This document shows positions 38,199 to 50,289 of a stretch of 64,000 nt of DNA, piece after piece. Both the position numbers and the translations under genes were made by a program. Source of the stretch: Octopus bimaculoides (Eukaryota); contig NC_068991.1 in assembly GCF_001194135.2 (NCBI RefSeq), positions 77,195,817-77,259,816 of the forward strand, read 5' to 3'. The notes beneath the pieces are model-generated. The model ran no database searches. It saw nothing but the letters and a program-made list of their open reading frames with translations, and was not told where the DNA came from. How positions within the stretch are numbered: position 1 is the first letter of the stretch; each line of letters begins with the position of its first letter.

Positions 38199-39580
38199 TC
38201 CTAAATTGCTTGGGGTTTGGTTTGGTTCAGATCTCCAGGTGGAGAACTGGGATGAGGTGATGAGCAGGGTGGCTAATCTCACCCAGAAATGGGCCGAAAG
38301 GAAGCTATTCCTGAAAGGTCAGGCAGAGGTAGCAAATGTATGTCTCACCTCCATTATATATGACTGCTTGACTGTCATGCCTTTCCCCAGTTTATGTTTG
38401 GCCTAACTGGAGTACATACTCTTCCGTTTTCTCTGGAATGGATGCATTCCACTGGTTACATGCTTCATTTGTTGTTTAACACCTATTCAATAGAAGGATT
38501 CTGGGCATGAAGGAGGACATGGCTGATGATGCGCAGACATGCATTGAGGTTATGACATCTCCAGTGCTTCCTTGATGGTGAGCTGCTGTAGTCACCATTT
38601 GTCAGACTCACATTTCTGCAGTTCATCTCTTTGAAAGAGCTGCAGTCTTGAATCAAGCAGAGACTGGGGCAAAACACACGACACTTAGAGTGTTGTCATG
38701 GGCTCACAGTTCTCTGTTAGTCTGGCAGTGTGGTCAGTGGAAGCTCCACATCTGAGTTCTGTAGAAGAACCCATGCTAGCATGGAAAGCGGACGTCAAAC
38801 GATGATGATGAATAGTGACTAGAAAGTGTAATGATGTTCTTGAGGAGACTGCATCAACAAGAATAAACTGGTTTGTTCTGGAGGACTTTTGGGCCGGGGC
38901 CCACGGATAATTTCCAGAAATCCTTGTCCTGGCATTGCTGCCAGGGGTCATTGCTGGTTTGGGATAAACTCTACAAGCATGGAAGTTGAGCACAGAGCAA
39001 TAAAACTATTCATCGTACTCTTGTCCTGTATCTAAGCATTGCTGACTTGTGGGTTTATGTCAATCACCTGCTGTCACATGTAGGACAGATCCAGCTATCA
39101 GTTGAGTCTATTGTGAAGATCATCCTACCTCCTTCTTTTGGTCAGGAAGAGCAGGCAGTGTTTGTTTGTCTGGTAACTTCAGAGACTGTGTGGTGGTCCA
39201 GATTGAAAGGGCCAAAGATAGATACTTGCCTCTTTGGCCAAGCCCTCATCGACTTTTTCAAGTTTCACCAGAAAAGGAAAGTGAGGGTGGTGAGAGAAGC
39301 GCTGCCTCCCAGCAATTTTGTTGAAAGGTGAGTCAAGAATGGTCTGAGTGAATGGGCCTACTCTAAGCTTGTGGCTATAAATTGAAAGAAAATGATGTGG
39401 TAAGGGTACTTGCCTCAGTGGCCAGGCAGACTGTGGTTTCGCAGCCATGGGAAGTCTCTGTTAAAATTTATTTCATCACCATTTCTCTACTTTTTACATA
39501 CTTCTTTATGTAACCTCACATTATATTGTCCAGCATCATCCCCAACGTTTTTTATAAACCCTTAATAGTGAATAAAAAAA
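38199..39580 (+). mobile_element. Tx1-like LINE, 5'-truncated ORF2 C-terminal half plus 3' UTR (copy 1, decayed)
   Basis: KLLGVWFGSDLQVENWDEVMSRVANLTQKWAERKL.LKG.AEVAN...FLW, MRRHALRL, GP.DNFQKSL.W, SIADLW.YV. Collinear with 43960-45420; ends in AATAAA followed by (ATT)n. Confidence 0.9.
38768..38811 (+). mobile_element. 44-bp family B 3' end inserted inside Tx1 copy 1
   Basis: aacccatgctagcatggaaagcggacgtcaaacgatgatgatga, absent at the aligned position of Tx1 copy 2. Confidence 0.85.
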
Positions 39581-39584
39581 GCAT

Positions 39585-39586
39585 TA

Positions 39587-39663
<77 letters not shown>
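39585..39663. repeat. (ATT)n at the Tx1 3' end; a second (TAT)n lies at about 39820-39870
   Basis: Direct reading. Confidence 0.95.
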
Positions 39664-39665
<2 letters not shown>

Positions 39666-39827
39666 TTCATATTTCCTTTTATATATTTCAGGATTTTATA
39701 CCAGAGACTGTTACCTTTAAGAACAGAATAAAACAAGCAGATAGTTTGGGAGGACCCTTGATCATTGCTTTATAATAGCTTTTGGTGTTTACCCTTGATG
39801 TCCCACACCCTTTTCAGGTATTGTTAC

Positions 39828-39869
<42 letters not shown>

Positions 39870-40086
39870 TGTTGTTGTTGTTGTTGTTGCTTTATTACTG
39901 TGTTCTCGACTTGCCATTTTTCAGTTTTGCTTTGTGCATTTCCTTTATTTAACCAACAACAATGAACGGCCTATTGAATTGGTTGTCAGTTTGAACATGC
40001 ACGTCAGTGCGCAGCTTCACTGAAATAATCAGGAGGGCGTTTCTATCATTGTTATTTGCCTTGATATCATGTCACAATTCTGTATA

Positions 40087-40122
<36 letters not shown>

Positions 40123-40241
40123 NNNNNNNNNNNNNNNNNNNNNNNNNNNNNNNNNNNNNNNNNNNNNNNNNNNNNNNNNNNNNNNNNNNNNNNNNNNNNN
40201 NNNNNNNNNNNNNNNNNNNNNNNNNNNNNNNNNNNNNNNNN
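40123..40241. other. Assembly gap in (TA)n
   Basis: N run. Confidence 1.
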
Positions 40242-40655
40242 GTATATTTATATATATATATATATATTGATGCATGCTATGTGGGCGTATTTATATATGC
40301 TGTGTATGCATGCATGTTTGAATGAATATATATTACTATGATTGTATGCCTTTTATGAGTGTGTGTATCATGTGTGTCTCATGTGTGTGTGTGTAGTTTG
40401 TGCAATTAGCTCTATAGACCAGCTGTTTATTTTGTATGTCAAAGATAAAGTAATAATACCATTAAGGCTAATTAATTAAATAGCAGAAACTTCATTTCAT
40501 CCTTTCAGTAACATTATCCATGACCACTTTGTAATTGGATATATGTATGCATGCATGTTGATTTATGAGTATGGGTGTATGTGCACATACACATACACAC
40601 ATATACACTCACACACAAACACACACATGCATGCATGTACGCATGCATGCACACA

Positions 40656-40708
<53 letters not shown>

Positions 40709-41302
40709 CCATTAGATATAATGAATGGGAGAAGATGCACTCAATACAAAAGTAGAGTGCAAAAGTTCAGTTAGGCTGATCCAGAGCTCTGTCAACCCTG
40801 GAGTTTCCCTGACAATGTTCTCAGTTCCTCTGACAGAAAACAAATGGATTAAAGATTTAAAAACAGCACTCTTACAACAATGGGGGAAAACTAGGCTTCT
40901 CAGGATCGGCTGAATTTACAAACCAGCTTTTGACCCTCCAACAAAAGGCAAGGAAAGGTTTCATTTATATATATATAATTCAATTTAGGAGAGGTCACAA
41001 GTAAAACATATTTATTCCACATGTTGTTTACAGATGTTTTGTAATTTGTATTCGCTTACACCATCAACAAATTACAAACTGCTGTAAACATATGACATAA
41101 ATATTTTTTTACCTCTGACTCCTGAATTCAATTTCCTTCTGATGCATTCCACAATTGTGATTCCTGGATTTTCAGGAGTATTGAGATGTTAAATTACATC
41201 CTGAGCTATACTAGCATGCTTTTGATATCCAGACTCCCTGCAGAATACCTACTGTGAGTACTGTTTGATTCTCTGAATCCCTATTTCCATTTGTGTATAC
41301 AT

Positions 41303-41303
<1 letters not shown>

Positions 41304-41337
<34 letters not shown>

Positions 41338-41700
41338 TTAACGTCCGTTCTCCATGCTGGCATGGGTCAGACGGTTTGACTGGGCTGCCACGCTGGAAGG
41401 CTGCGCCAGATTCCAGTCTTATTTGGCATGGTTTTCTACAGCTGGATGCCCTTCCTAACACAAACCACTCTGAGAGTGTAATGGGTGCTTTTACGTGCCA
41501 CCGACACAGGTGCCATTTGTGTGACACTGGTATCTGCCATGCTTGCGATTTTGCTTGGCTTGATGGGTCTTCTTCTCAAACATGACATAATGTCAAAGGC
41601 CTTGGTCATTGCTTGCATGAGGCCCAACGCTCAAAAGGAGCTCAGCCACTTTGCCTCCATGAGGCTCAATGCTTGAAAGGAGCACATATATTTAGTATTA
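41304..41700 (-). mobile_element. Family B, long variant
   Basis: (cat)n-ttaacgtccgttctccatgctggcatggg tail, core, and an extended 5' region. Confidence 0.85.
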
Positions 41701-41962
41701 TTACCTATAAGACAGAAAAAAACATAATACAAATTAATTGTAGAGAAAGAAATATACAGTGGTAATTCGATAGTGCAATGCCTCAATGACCATTAGTTTC
41801 ATTTTTTACTTTCAGTTTTCCCTGCCTGCATGGGTTGGATGAGTTTTCTCTTGTACAGTGTCCCACCTCTTAAAATGATCTCTTAGCATCCCCTTGTGAA
41901 GGCCATCTTCCTCAGATCAGTCTTCACCACTTATGTCATACTCTGTCTTCCTATTCCATAGG

Positions 41963-42007
<45 letters not shown>

Positions 42008-42281
42008 GTATATACACTTTATCTGTCATTTGACAGATTGCTTTGGAAGTATACTTTTGCTGCCTTGGGTAATACGAGGTGAAAAATGGCATACATACAG
42101 TAATTATAAAATAACTTTCCTCATATTCATTAGTGCTTATACAAAATGATGAAATAAATTCTAATTCTAAAAAAAAAATATTTTATTACCTTGAAATAGA
42201 ATTAAATAAAAAGATTTTTAAAAATTGAAAACAAAATTATTCCATGTTGATTTCATATTTATTGCAGTTCACCCTCTCTTC

Positions 42282-42312
<31 letters not shown>

Positions 42313-42338
42313 AAATGCATACATACACACACATACAT

Positions 42339-42377
<39 letters not shown>

Positions 42378-42744
42378 TCTCTCTTTCTCTGCTGCCTCCC
42401 CCTTCTTCTCCGTCTTTATGGTTCCTTCTCTCTCCCTGTGTGTGTATGTAGCATCTATTTACTCATTGCTAACCACCAAGCCTAGTATGTGCACTCCTTC
42501 TTTACTGCTTATGTTTACTCTCTCTTTTCCCATTTCTCTCTCTCTCTCTGATTGGAGAAATCAACCAACCAACCAACCAACCAACCACCATTTATATATG
42601 GCTATTATTATATAGAGAATATGGTGAAGTGAATACATAGATCACGTGTAGATATCTACCCATCTGAATAGGCTTATATATATATATTCGTGTAACCTGC
42701 ATCCTGTCTGATTGGCCTGGACATGTATGGCGTTCTCTAGATTG

Positions 42745-42940
42745 GATCTGTGAAAGATTTGGAAAAGAAACTCTAAATGTAGAGTCAATAACATAGAATT
42801 TAGAAGCCTCAAAGTAAACCTACCAAAGACAAAAGTTTTCCTTAACAGGAAAGAAGACAAGACTCTGTTGCCATTCTATGAAGTTGCCATGCTTGATATG
42901 CAGAAGAAGAAGTCAGGAGAAATTCCACAAGATGTCTTCA
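42745..42940 (+). mobile_element. RTE-type LINE fragment (post-RT region)
   Basis: DLEKKL.......RSLKVNLPKTKVFL.RKEDKTL aligns with the same segment of the 30.5-31.4 kb element. Confidence 0.6.
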
Positions 42941-43002
42941 GTATAGAATATGAGAGTACAAGAGGTGGGATGAGGTGACTTTGTGATCAGACTTATCTTT
43001 AA

Positions 43003-43078
43003 GTGTGTAAGAGAGTGTGTGGTGTGTAAGAGAGTGTGTGGTGTGTAAGAGAGTGTGTGGTGTGTAAGAGAGTGTGTA
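43003..43078. repeat. 19-bp minisatellite x4 (gtgtgtaagagagtgtgtg)
   Basis: Direct reading. Confidence 0.95.
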
Positions 43079-43759
43079 TACATACAGACACACATTTAGC
43101 CTTTGTTGCCTGACTAAAAATAACAATACTTTTTTCTAAAATCAACTATTATTGGTATTAAAAACATTGTTATCTCCATCAGTAGGATCAGCAACAACAA
43201 CAACAACCTCTATTATGACTGCATTATTAGAACCAACCTTTATACAAAAGTAATTCACACACACATAAACACACACACACACACATATGTATGTGTGTGT
43301 ATATGTATACATATGTATTTATTTGTGTACTTACACACACACATACACACACTCATCATTTATGAAAATAATCAAAGATTGATTTCATAAAATTAATTCA
43401 ATTCATGTAATGCCATTAGTTCGGATATTTGGTTGTGGTTCTGATTGTGGAAATATCTCTTAGATATCTTTCTGATTATATATCTAAATGTTATCGACTT
43501 CACTATTGAAGTAAAGATGCAAAAACAAGAAAGATGGCAGTGTAGTCTTTCAAGTTGATGCAAGAAAAGATAAAAGAAATTATGAAAGAAATATAGCAAG
43601 AAAGAAAGAGACAAAAAGGGCAATTAAATCATTTCTACATAATATTGATTTCTTTGAGAAATACAAGTTCTACTACTACTGCTGCTGCTGCTACTACTGT
43701 CGTTGTTACTTATCATTATTATTATTATTATTATTATCATTATTATTATTATTAATGCA

Positions 43760-43960
43760 GCGCGCTGGCAGAATCATTAACACACTGGACAAAATTGCTT
43801 GGCAGCATTTTGTCCGTCTTTACTTTCTGAGTTCTAATTCCACCAAGGTTGACTTTGTGTTTCATCTTTTCTGTGTCGATAAAATAAGTACCAGTTGAAT
43901 ATTGGGGGTCGATGAAATCGACTTAGCCCCGAAATTGCGGGCCTTGTGCCAAAATTATTA
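43760..43960 (+). mobile_element. tRNA-derived SINE family C
   Basis: gctggcagaatcatta (A-box-like), gagttctaattcc (B-box-like), core gataaaataagtaccagttgaatattgggggtcgatgaaatcgact, ending gccttgtgccaaaattatta. Confidence 0.85.
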
Positions 43961-45420
43961 TCGGCACCTGGAGAGGCAAGTCCATGCTGTCCAACAGCAT
44001 GGTGGGGCGCTGGACAGACAGTCCCATTAAGTTGCTCGGAGTTTGGTTTGGTCCAGACTCCCAGGTGGAGAAGAACTGGGACAAGGTGACAAGCAGGGTA
44101 GCCAATCTCACCCAGAACTGGGCCGAGAGAAAGCTGTCCCTGAAAGGTTGAACAGGAGTGGCGAATGCATACATCGCATCCATCATCTATTACCGCTTGA
44201 CTGTTGTCCCTTGCCCTGTTTGCTGGTTGACCAGGCTAATGCACTTACTCTCCTGCTTTCTGATGAAAGGGCGCAGTCCACTGGTCAGGCGCTCCATCTG
44301 CTGTCAGCACCCGCTAAATGGAGGGCTGGGCATACCGTGATTACTGATGCACAGACATGCGCTGAGGTTGCGGCATCTCCAGCGTTTCCTTGATGGTGAG
44401 CAAATATGGTCACCGTTTGTAAGACATGCTTTTCCACAACTCGTCTCTTTAACTGAACTGCAATCCTGGATTAGACATGGATCGAGGAGGGGTGCTTGGC
44501 ACCTCGAGTGCCGTCAAGTGCTCACAGCCCTCTACCAGGTGGGCGATGCGGTCAGTGGTAGTTCTACTCTAGTGTTCTATAGAGGGCTAGTAGAGAGAAA
44601 GTGCGATGACATTCTCGGGGAAATTCTGGGCATCGATGAAGATCAACTAACCGGTCTGTTTCAGAGAACTTTTGGGCCTGGGCCTATGGATAACTTCCAG
44701 AAATCCCTTGCCTGGCAGTGCTACTGAGGGGCACTGCTTGTTCAGGATAAATTTTACAGGCACTGAAGTGCTGTCAGCCGGACCTGCCTAAGGTTTGCCT
44801 AGAATGATGAAACCTTTCTGCACGCCCTAGTCCAGTGCCCGAGTATTGCTGACCTGTGGGCTTATGTTGAACACCTACTGTTGCATGTGGGACAGATCTG
44901 GTTATCATCTGAATCCATTGTGAAGATTGCCCCACCACCTTCTTTTGTCCAGGAGGGGCAGGCAATTTTTATTTGTCAAGTGGCTGTAGCGAAAGAGGTA
45001 GTATGGTGGACCCATTTGAAAGGGGCAAGCCCTCATCTTTGGCCAAGCCCTCATCAACTTTTTCAAATTTCACTTGAAAAGGAAGTTGAAGGTGAAGAGG
45101 GAAGTGTTGCCTTGGAGCAAGTTTGTTGAAAGATGGGTGAATGTTGGAAGAATGACCAGTGTGAAAGGACCAATTCTGAGCGTGTACCTGTAAACAAAAG
45201 GAGAAGGGCTCTTGCCCTGTTGTTCAGGCTTTGTGGGTTTTTCCATGAGGACCTCAAAGTGCCTCCCTTATTGGGAGTTTTAAATTGTTTAATTTTTAAT
45301 TGTAATTTATATTGTTTACACGCTGTAAAACCCATTGTATCATCCTGTTTTTGTCTTTTATGTTGTTGTATGTCTTTTAATGTAATTTTATGTGAGCTCT
45401 TATGGCCAATAAAAGAATGA
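43960..45420 (+). mobile_element. Tx1-like LINE, 5'-truncated ORF2 C-terminal half plus 3' UTR (copy 2, better preserved)
   Basis: One frame from 43960 to about 45030 with about 5 in-frame stops: IKLLGVWFG...RKLSLKG...YRLTVVPCP...GGLGIP*LLMHRHALRLRHL...CCHC-like TCLR.A..DETFLHALVQCP. One late frameshift, stop at 45191-45193, AATAAA near 45408, then (TTA)n. Confidence 0.92.
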
Positions 45421-45421
45421 A

Positions 45422-45427
<6 letters not shown>

Positions 45428-45484
<57 letters not shown>
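45428..45484. repeat. (TTA)n at the Tx1 copy 2 3' end
   Basis: Direct reading. Confidence 0.95.
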
Positions 45485-45485
<1 letters not shown>

Positions 45486-48370
45486 GTTGTTGTCATCGTT
45501 TGTCTTGAACAGACATTAGCAGTAGAGCTCCTGAATGAATTGGTATACTATCATGTTTCACTACTTGCAGAATCCATTTCTTTGTGAAACCCAAACTTTA
45601 GAACTTTTGAATAGCTCCCTACCATTTACTTTTAGGTGGAATAACTAAAGTACTACTTTTGAACAGTCTTTCTCTTTTATTTACTTATACAAGAATATGT
45701 CTTTTTTTTTATATATGGGGAAATGTTGAGAAATATGAAAGCAAAATTTGTTGAAAATTGTGAAAAATAGACTATAAAAAAAAAGTGACAATGAAAACGA
45801 TGACCTTTAAACAAATAGATGCAATTACAAACATAAATATTAGCATTAACACTTTTGGAAAATACAAAAAAAAATGGAAACAAAAAACAAAGACAAAAAA
45901 CAAATGAGTGAATACATTTCTAATGTAAATATTAGATGCTGATGATAGTGAAAATATAGCTTTGCTAAAGTTTTGAAAAGCAACTGTGAACATGAAATGT
46001 TGGAGAAGTTACGTTACGAAAAAAATTTGCTCCCTTCCCTGCCAGCTTGATCAAAAAAATGTAATATGCTCTTTAAAAATGGAAAGCATTTCAGTGTGTC
46101 CTCAAATTAAAAGAGGCTCTTGTCTATATGTAGGGTGATATGACCCCTGTTGATCTTGGTAGGGCCTACAGCAATGTGTGCTCTGTCTTTGAAACTAAAG
46201 ATGAAGCAAGTAATGCAAATGGTGGTGCAAGACAGAAAAGCTTAGCTCTTACATACGTGTTCATAGGAACCACTTGAGAGCAATGTTTGACCCAGAGTAG
46301 TTGAAAAGAGAGAAAAGAGAAAAAGAGAGAACAGCAAGAATAGCAGGATCCAGAAGTCACTGCTTCCAAAACTCCATCTGTAGCAGCGCTGAGGAGGGTT
46401 TTGAGATTCATTTTATCCTTGATGCCAGGAGCTAACAATCAGAAAGCTGACAGCCAAAGAAAATATTTCTTTCCTAGCAGTAACACCCTATCATCGTGTA
46501 ACTGGATCAGCACAGTGAAAAGAAAAGAAAAAGAAGACAGAATGACAGTGATGATCCCAAAGAAAAAGCAGGAATTAAACACGAAGAGGATATGCAGACA
46601 ATCAATGTGCTTCTGAGATCAAAAATGGAAATTCTGAAGCATAATTATGAGAACAATATTCTGTAAAAAGGGGAGGAGATAGGGCAGAGATTAAACAAGA
46701 ACTCAGATGATAGGATGTTGTTGAGGACCCCATTAGTGGCTTACCACACCATAAAACAAGCATTCCCAAAAGATGTTGGATAATTTATCACAACATAGAA
46801 CAGGCATCCCCAGATGACAATGTTGTGGTTAGAAGTCTAGTTGATTTAATATTGCGATACTGTATTATTACGAAGCTGTGTCAGACCAGGGCACAAAATG
46901 CAAAGTTGTCCACATCTGCAGTCTGAAACGGACATTTTACAAAACCTAAACAAAAAGCCCAATTCAGTTTGTTTGTTTTTTATGCGTATTTGTTAGAGAT
47001 ATGCAAATTTTAATGATCATACTAGCAAGGAATCTGAATATATTTATAAATTTATCAAACAAAGTAATATGAACAAAAGCATTCCAACCATAACCATCCC
47101 ATTTTTTGTGTGGGATCAGAGATATTTTGTCTCATCAATAAAAGTGATCCAACTGTGCCCATCCTGTTTCATTTCTTTTAAAATTCAAATTACAACACAG
47201 GCAATAGATGCTTATGTCGTTAAGCATGGGAAAATACAGAACTACAATTTAAAAAAGTGGAGATCAGTACAAGAAATGCCTATTCTTGATTGAAAAAATA
47301 CTATATTAGACCCACTGGCAGTGAATCAAAACTTACTTTGAATAATGTCAGACAGATGGACTGCACATGGTATAAAAGATTATATACAGTCCCATTTATG
47401 AGCTGTTTTCTCATAAATTGCACCAATCATTTTCACTTCTGAATTTTCTTGTTAATTTTGTTTCACATTGTCTCTGTATAACAGAGTTATTAAAATATTG
47501 GATAGAATGCCTTGCAGTATAAGTTCAACCTTCCTGCAACCAACATCCTCTTTATCTCTCATCATTTCAGCGGTAAATGGTACCACTGCATTTTCCAAGT
47601 TTACTCCTAAGCTTAACCGTCCAGTCACACAATGACTAACTCAATACTTTATCTTCCTTTTACTATCTTTTACTCCTCACCCCACCACACACCATCACTG
47701 TTGCCTACTCAGAAAAATTTATCCCCTTGTTCCTCACCTGTGGGATATCTGGCTGAGGCTCCCCTCCATCTTACATCTTACATACAGTACATGTCTATGT
47801 ACCTCCACTCCAGCAGCTCAGCAATCTCACTGAACTTTCCTTTCATTGTGCCTACATTAACTATGATGTCTTTAGTGTGTGGCATTGATAGGAAGAGTGA
47901 GTGTTTAGTTGGAGGACAGTTTTCAGCATGTGCATAGAAGGTATGTGTGAACCTTTGCCTGCAGGCAGAGGACTCTTGTACATGTCCAGTTATACAAGTA
48001 TTACCACTCAATGAATTACTATGAATTATTATTTCTCTCAGATCTTCAACACACTGGGGCCAAATACCAGGAAAAGCAACAACTTCATCACAAGCAAGTA
48101 GATATAAGATAAAGAGCAATAAGTGCACAGCATTGATAAGGTCACAGACTGCAAAGAAAGGACTCTGATGTACCAGCTGATTAGTTGATCCAGAAATTGA
48201 TCAAACAAATGATTAGTTAATTATTTAACTGATAACAATAAATGGAATGAAATACGATAAATGCATGTGCTTTTATAGGCAAAATGACCTCAGAACAACA
48301 ACTGTTTCAACACATGATTTCATATTAAGAATTTTGCAAAACAAAATTACATTTATATGTATGCACATAT

Positions 48371-48438
<68 letters not shown>

Positions 48439-48673
48439 NNNNNNNNNNNNNNNNNNNNNNNNNNNNNNNNNNNNNNNNNNNNNNNNNNNNNNNNNNNNNN
48501 NNNNNNNNNNNNNNNNNNNNNNNNNNNNNNNNNNNNNNNNNNNNNNNNNNNNNNNNNNNNNNNNNNNNNNNNNNNNNNNNNNNNNNNNNNNNNNNNNNNN
48601 NNNNNNNNNNNNNNNNNNNNNNNNNNNNNNNNNNNNNNNNNNNNNNNNNNNNNNNNNNNNNNNNNNNNNNNNN
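48439..48673. other. Assembly gap between (CT)n and (CA)n
   Basis: N run. Confidence 1.
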
Positions 48674-48691
48674 CACACACACACACACACA

Positions 48692-48692
<1 letters not shown>

Positions 48693-48733
<41 letters not shown>

Positions 48734-49020
48734 TTAACGTCCACTTTCCATGCTGGCATGGGTGGAACAGTTTGACAAGAGCCAGCCAGGCAGAAGCCTG
48801 CACCAGACTTCTGTGACTGTTTTGGCAGGACTTTTACAGCTGGATGCCCTTCCTAACACCAACCACTCAGCAGAGTGGACTGAATGCTTTTTATGTGGCA
48901 CAAGCACAGGCGAGGTCAGTTTTGGTAAGGTTTTTACAGTTGGATGCCCTTCCAAACACCAACCACTTTACAGTGTAGACTGGGTGCCTTTAAGTGGCAC
49001 CTGCACTGACAGGATCACCA
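48693..49020 (-). mobile_element. Family B with duplicated core
   Basis: (cat)n-ttaacgtccactttccatgctggcatggg, and the ggatgcccttcc.aacaccaaccact core twice. Confidence 0.85.
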
Positions 49021-49359
49021 AGTATTTGCAAGACATATAAATAAATGGATTTTTAACAATTTCCATGATGTGTAGGAATCAATTGAAGTACTTACACTCT
49101 GAATTATTTTGCCATTCGTTATTACACAAACATCTGTTTCCTTAATGAACTCTCGGTCAATCACCATGGTGCATTTTGCAACAAGGTTTCTTCTTTGAAT
49201 TATCACTATTGTCCATCCCGGGAGATTAAACAGTTTGTGTCCATCCATTTCACTCATAGAGATTAGACTGACCCAAGCCATGCAGTGGGATTGAACCAGA
49301 GACTTTTGAGACCATGCTTGTGACATGTAATAAGCACTATTCAAGGGTGGGTTGATGCC

Positions 49360-49640
49360 AATGCCACCCAACTGGCTCTTTGTGCTGGTGGTACGTAAAA
49401 AGCACCATCTGAACGTAGTTAATGCCAGTGCCGCCTGACTGGCTTCTGTGCCGGTGGCGTGTAAAAAGCACCCACTACACTCTTGGAATGGTTGGCATTA
49501 GGAAGGGCATCCAGCTGTAGAAACCATGCCAGATTAGATTGGAGCCTTGTGCAGCCTCCTGGCTTGCCATTCCTCAGTCAAACCGTCCAACCCATGCCAG
49601 CATGGAAAGCGGACGTAAAATGATGATGATGATGATGGTG
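49360..49640 (+). mobile_element. Family B
   Basis: aaaagcacccactacactcttggaatggttggcattaggaagggcatccagctgtagaaacc...ggaaagcggacgtaaaa(tga)n. Confidence 0.88.
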
Positions 49641-49771
49641 ATATGTATGTATGACTCTATCATGATGCATTTCTATATATTCATCCATATACACATTTGT
49701 ATGTATGTGTGTGTGTGTGTGTCTAACTCTTGTACATCGTTGAATGAAGGACTAAATAGAAGATTTTATTC

Positions 49772-49781
49772 NNNNNNNNNN
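49772..49781. other. Assembly gap (10 N)
   Basis: N run. Confidence 1.
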
Positions 49782-50289
49782 TTTCTGCACCGCTCTCTTT
49801 TAAGTTCTTTCCTGAAGAATCAATATTGCAGGCTGACTTGAACATATATTGATGGGTGGCTTAGCGAAACAGCGACTGCAGCAGCAGCAGCAACACGATC
49901 ATTACTACTACTGCCAACATTAGTATTAGCAGCAGCCAACCAGCCAGCCAACCAGCCAGCCAGCCAGCCAGCCAACCAACCTACCAACCAGCCAACCACA
50001 TGCTCTGTAGTGTGGTCAATTAGATATTATTAGTGTGAGTGAATCCAACGGAGGGGTGGGTGTTGGCTGGAGGGGTTGGTGCTGTTCAGAGTGAAGTTGT
50101 CGGGAAGTGTGGTGGGGGTGTGTAGTAGTTATCAATCATACTAGCAGGAACTAATAATATCGATTTGTAGAATTTTATACCAATACTTTAAATACAATGT
50201 GTGTAAAATGAACTGGCATCCATATATTGTTGTTGCTACTATTGTTGTTATTGCTGCTGGTATCATTGTTGTTGTTGTAGCTGTTGTTG

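Noticed and set aside
47778-48128. 116-aa ORF with a signal-peptide-like start
   Set aside because: It starts at GTG, has no recognisable domain, and has no supporting splice structure on that strand.
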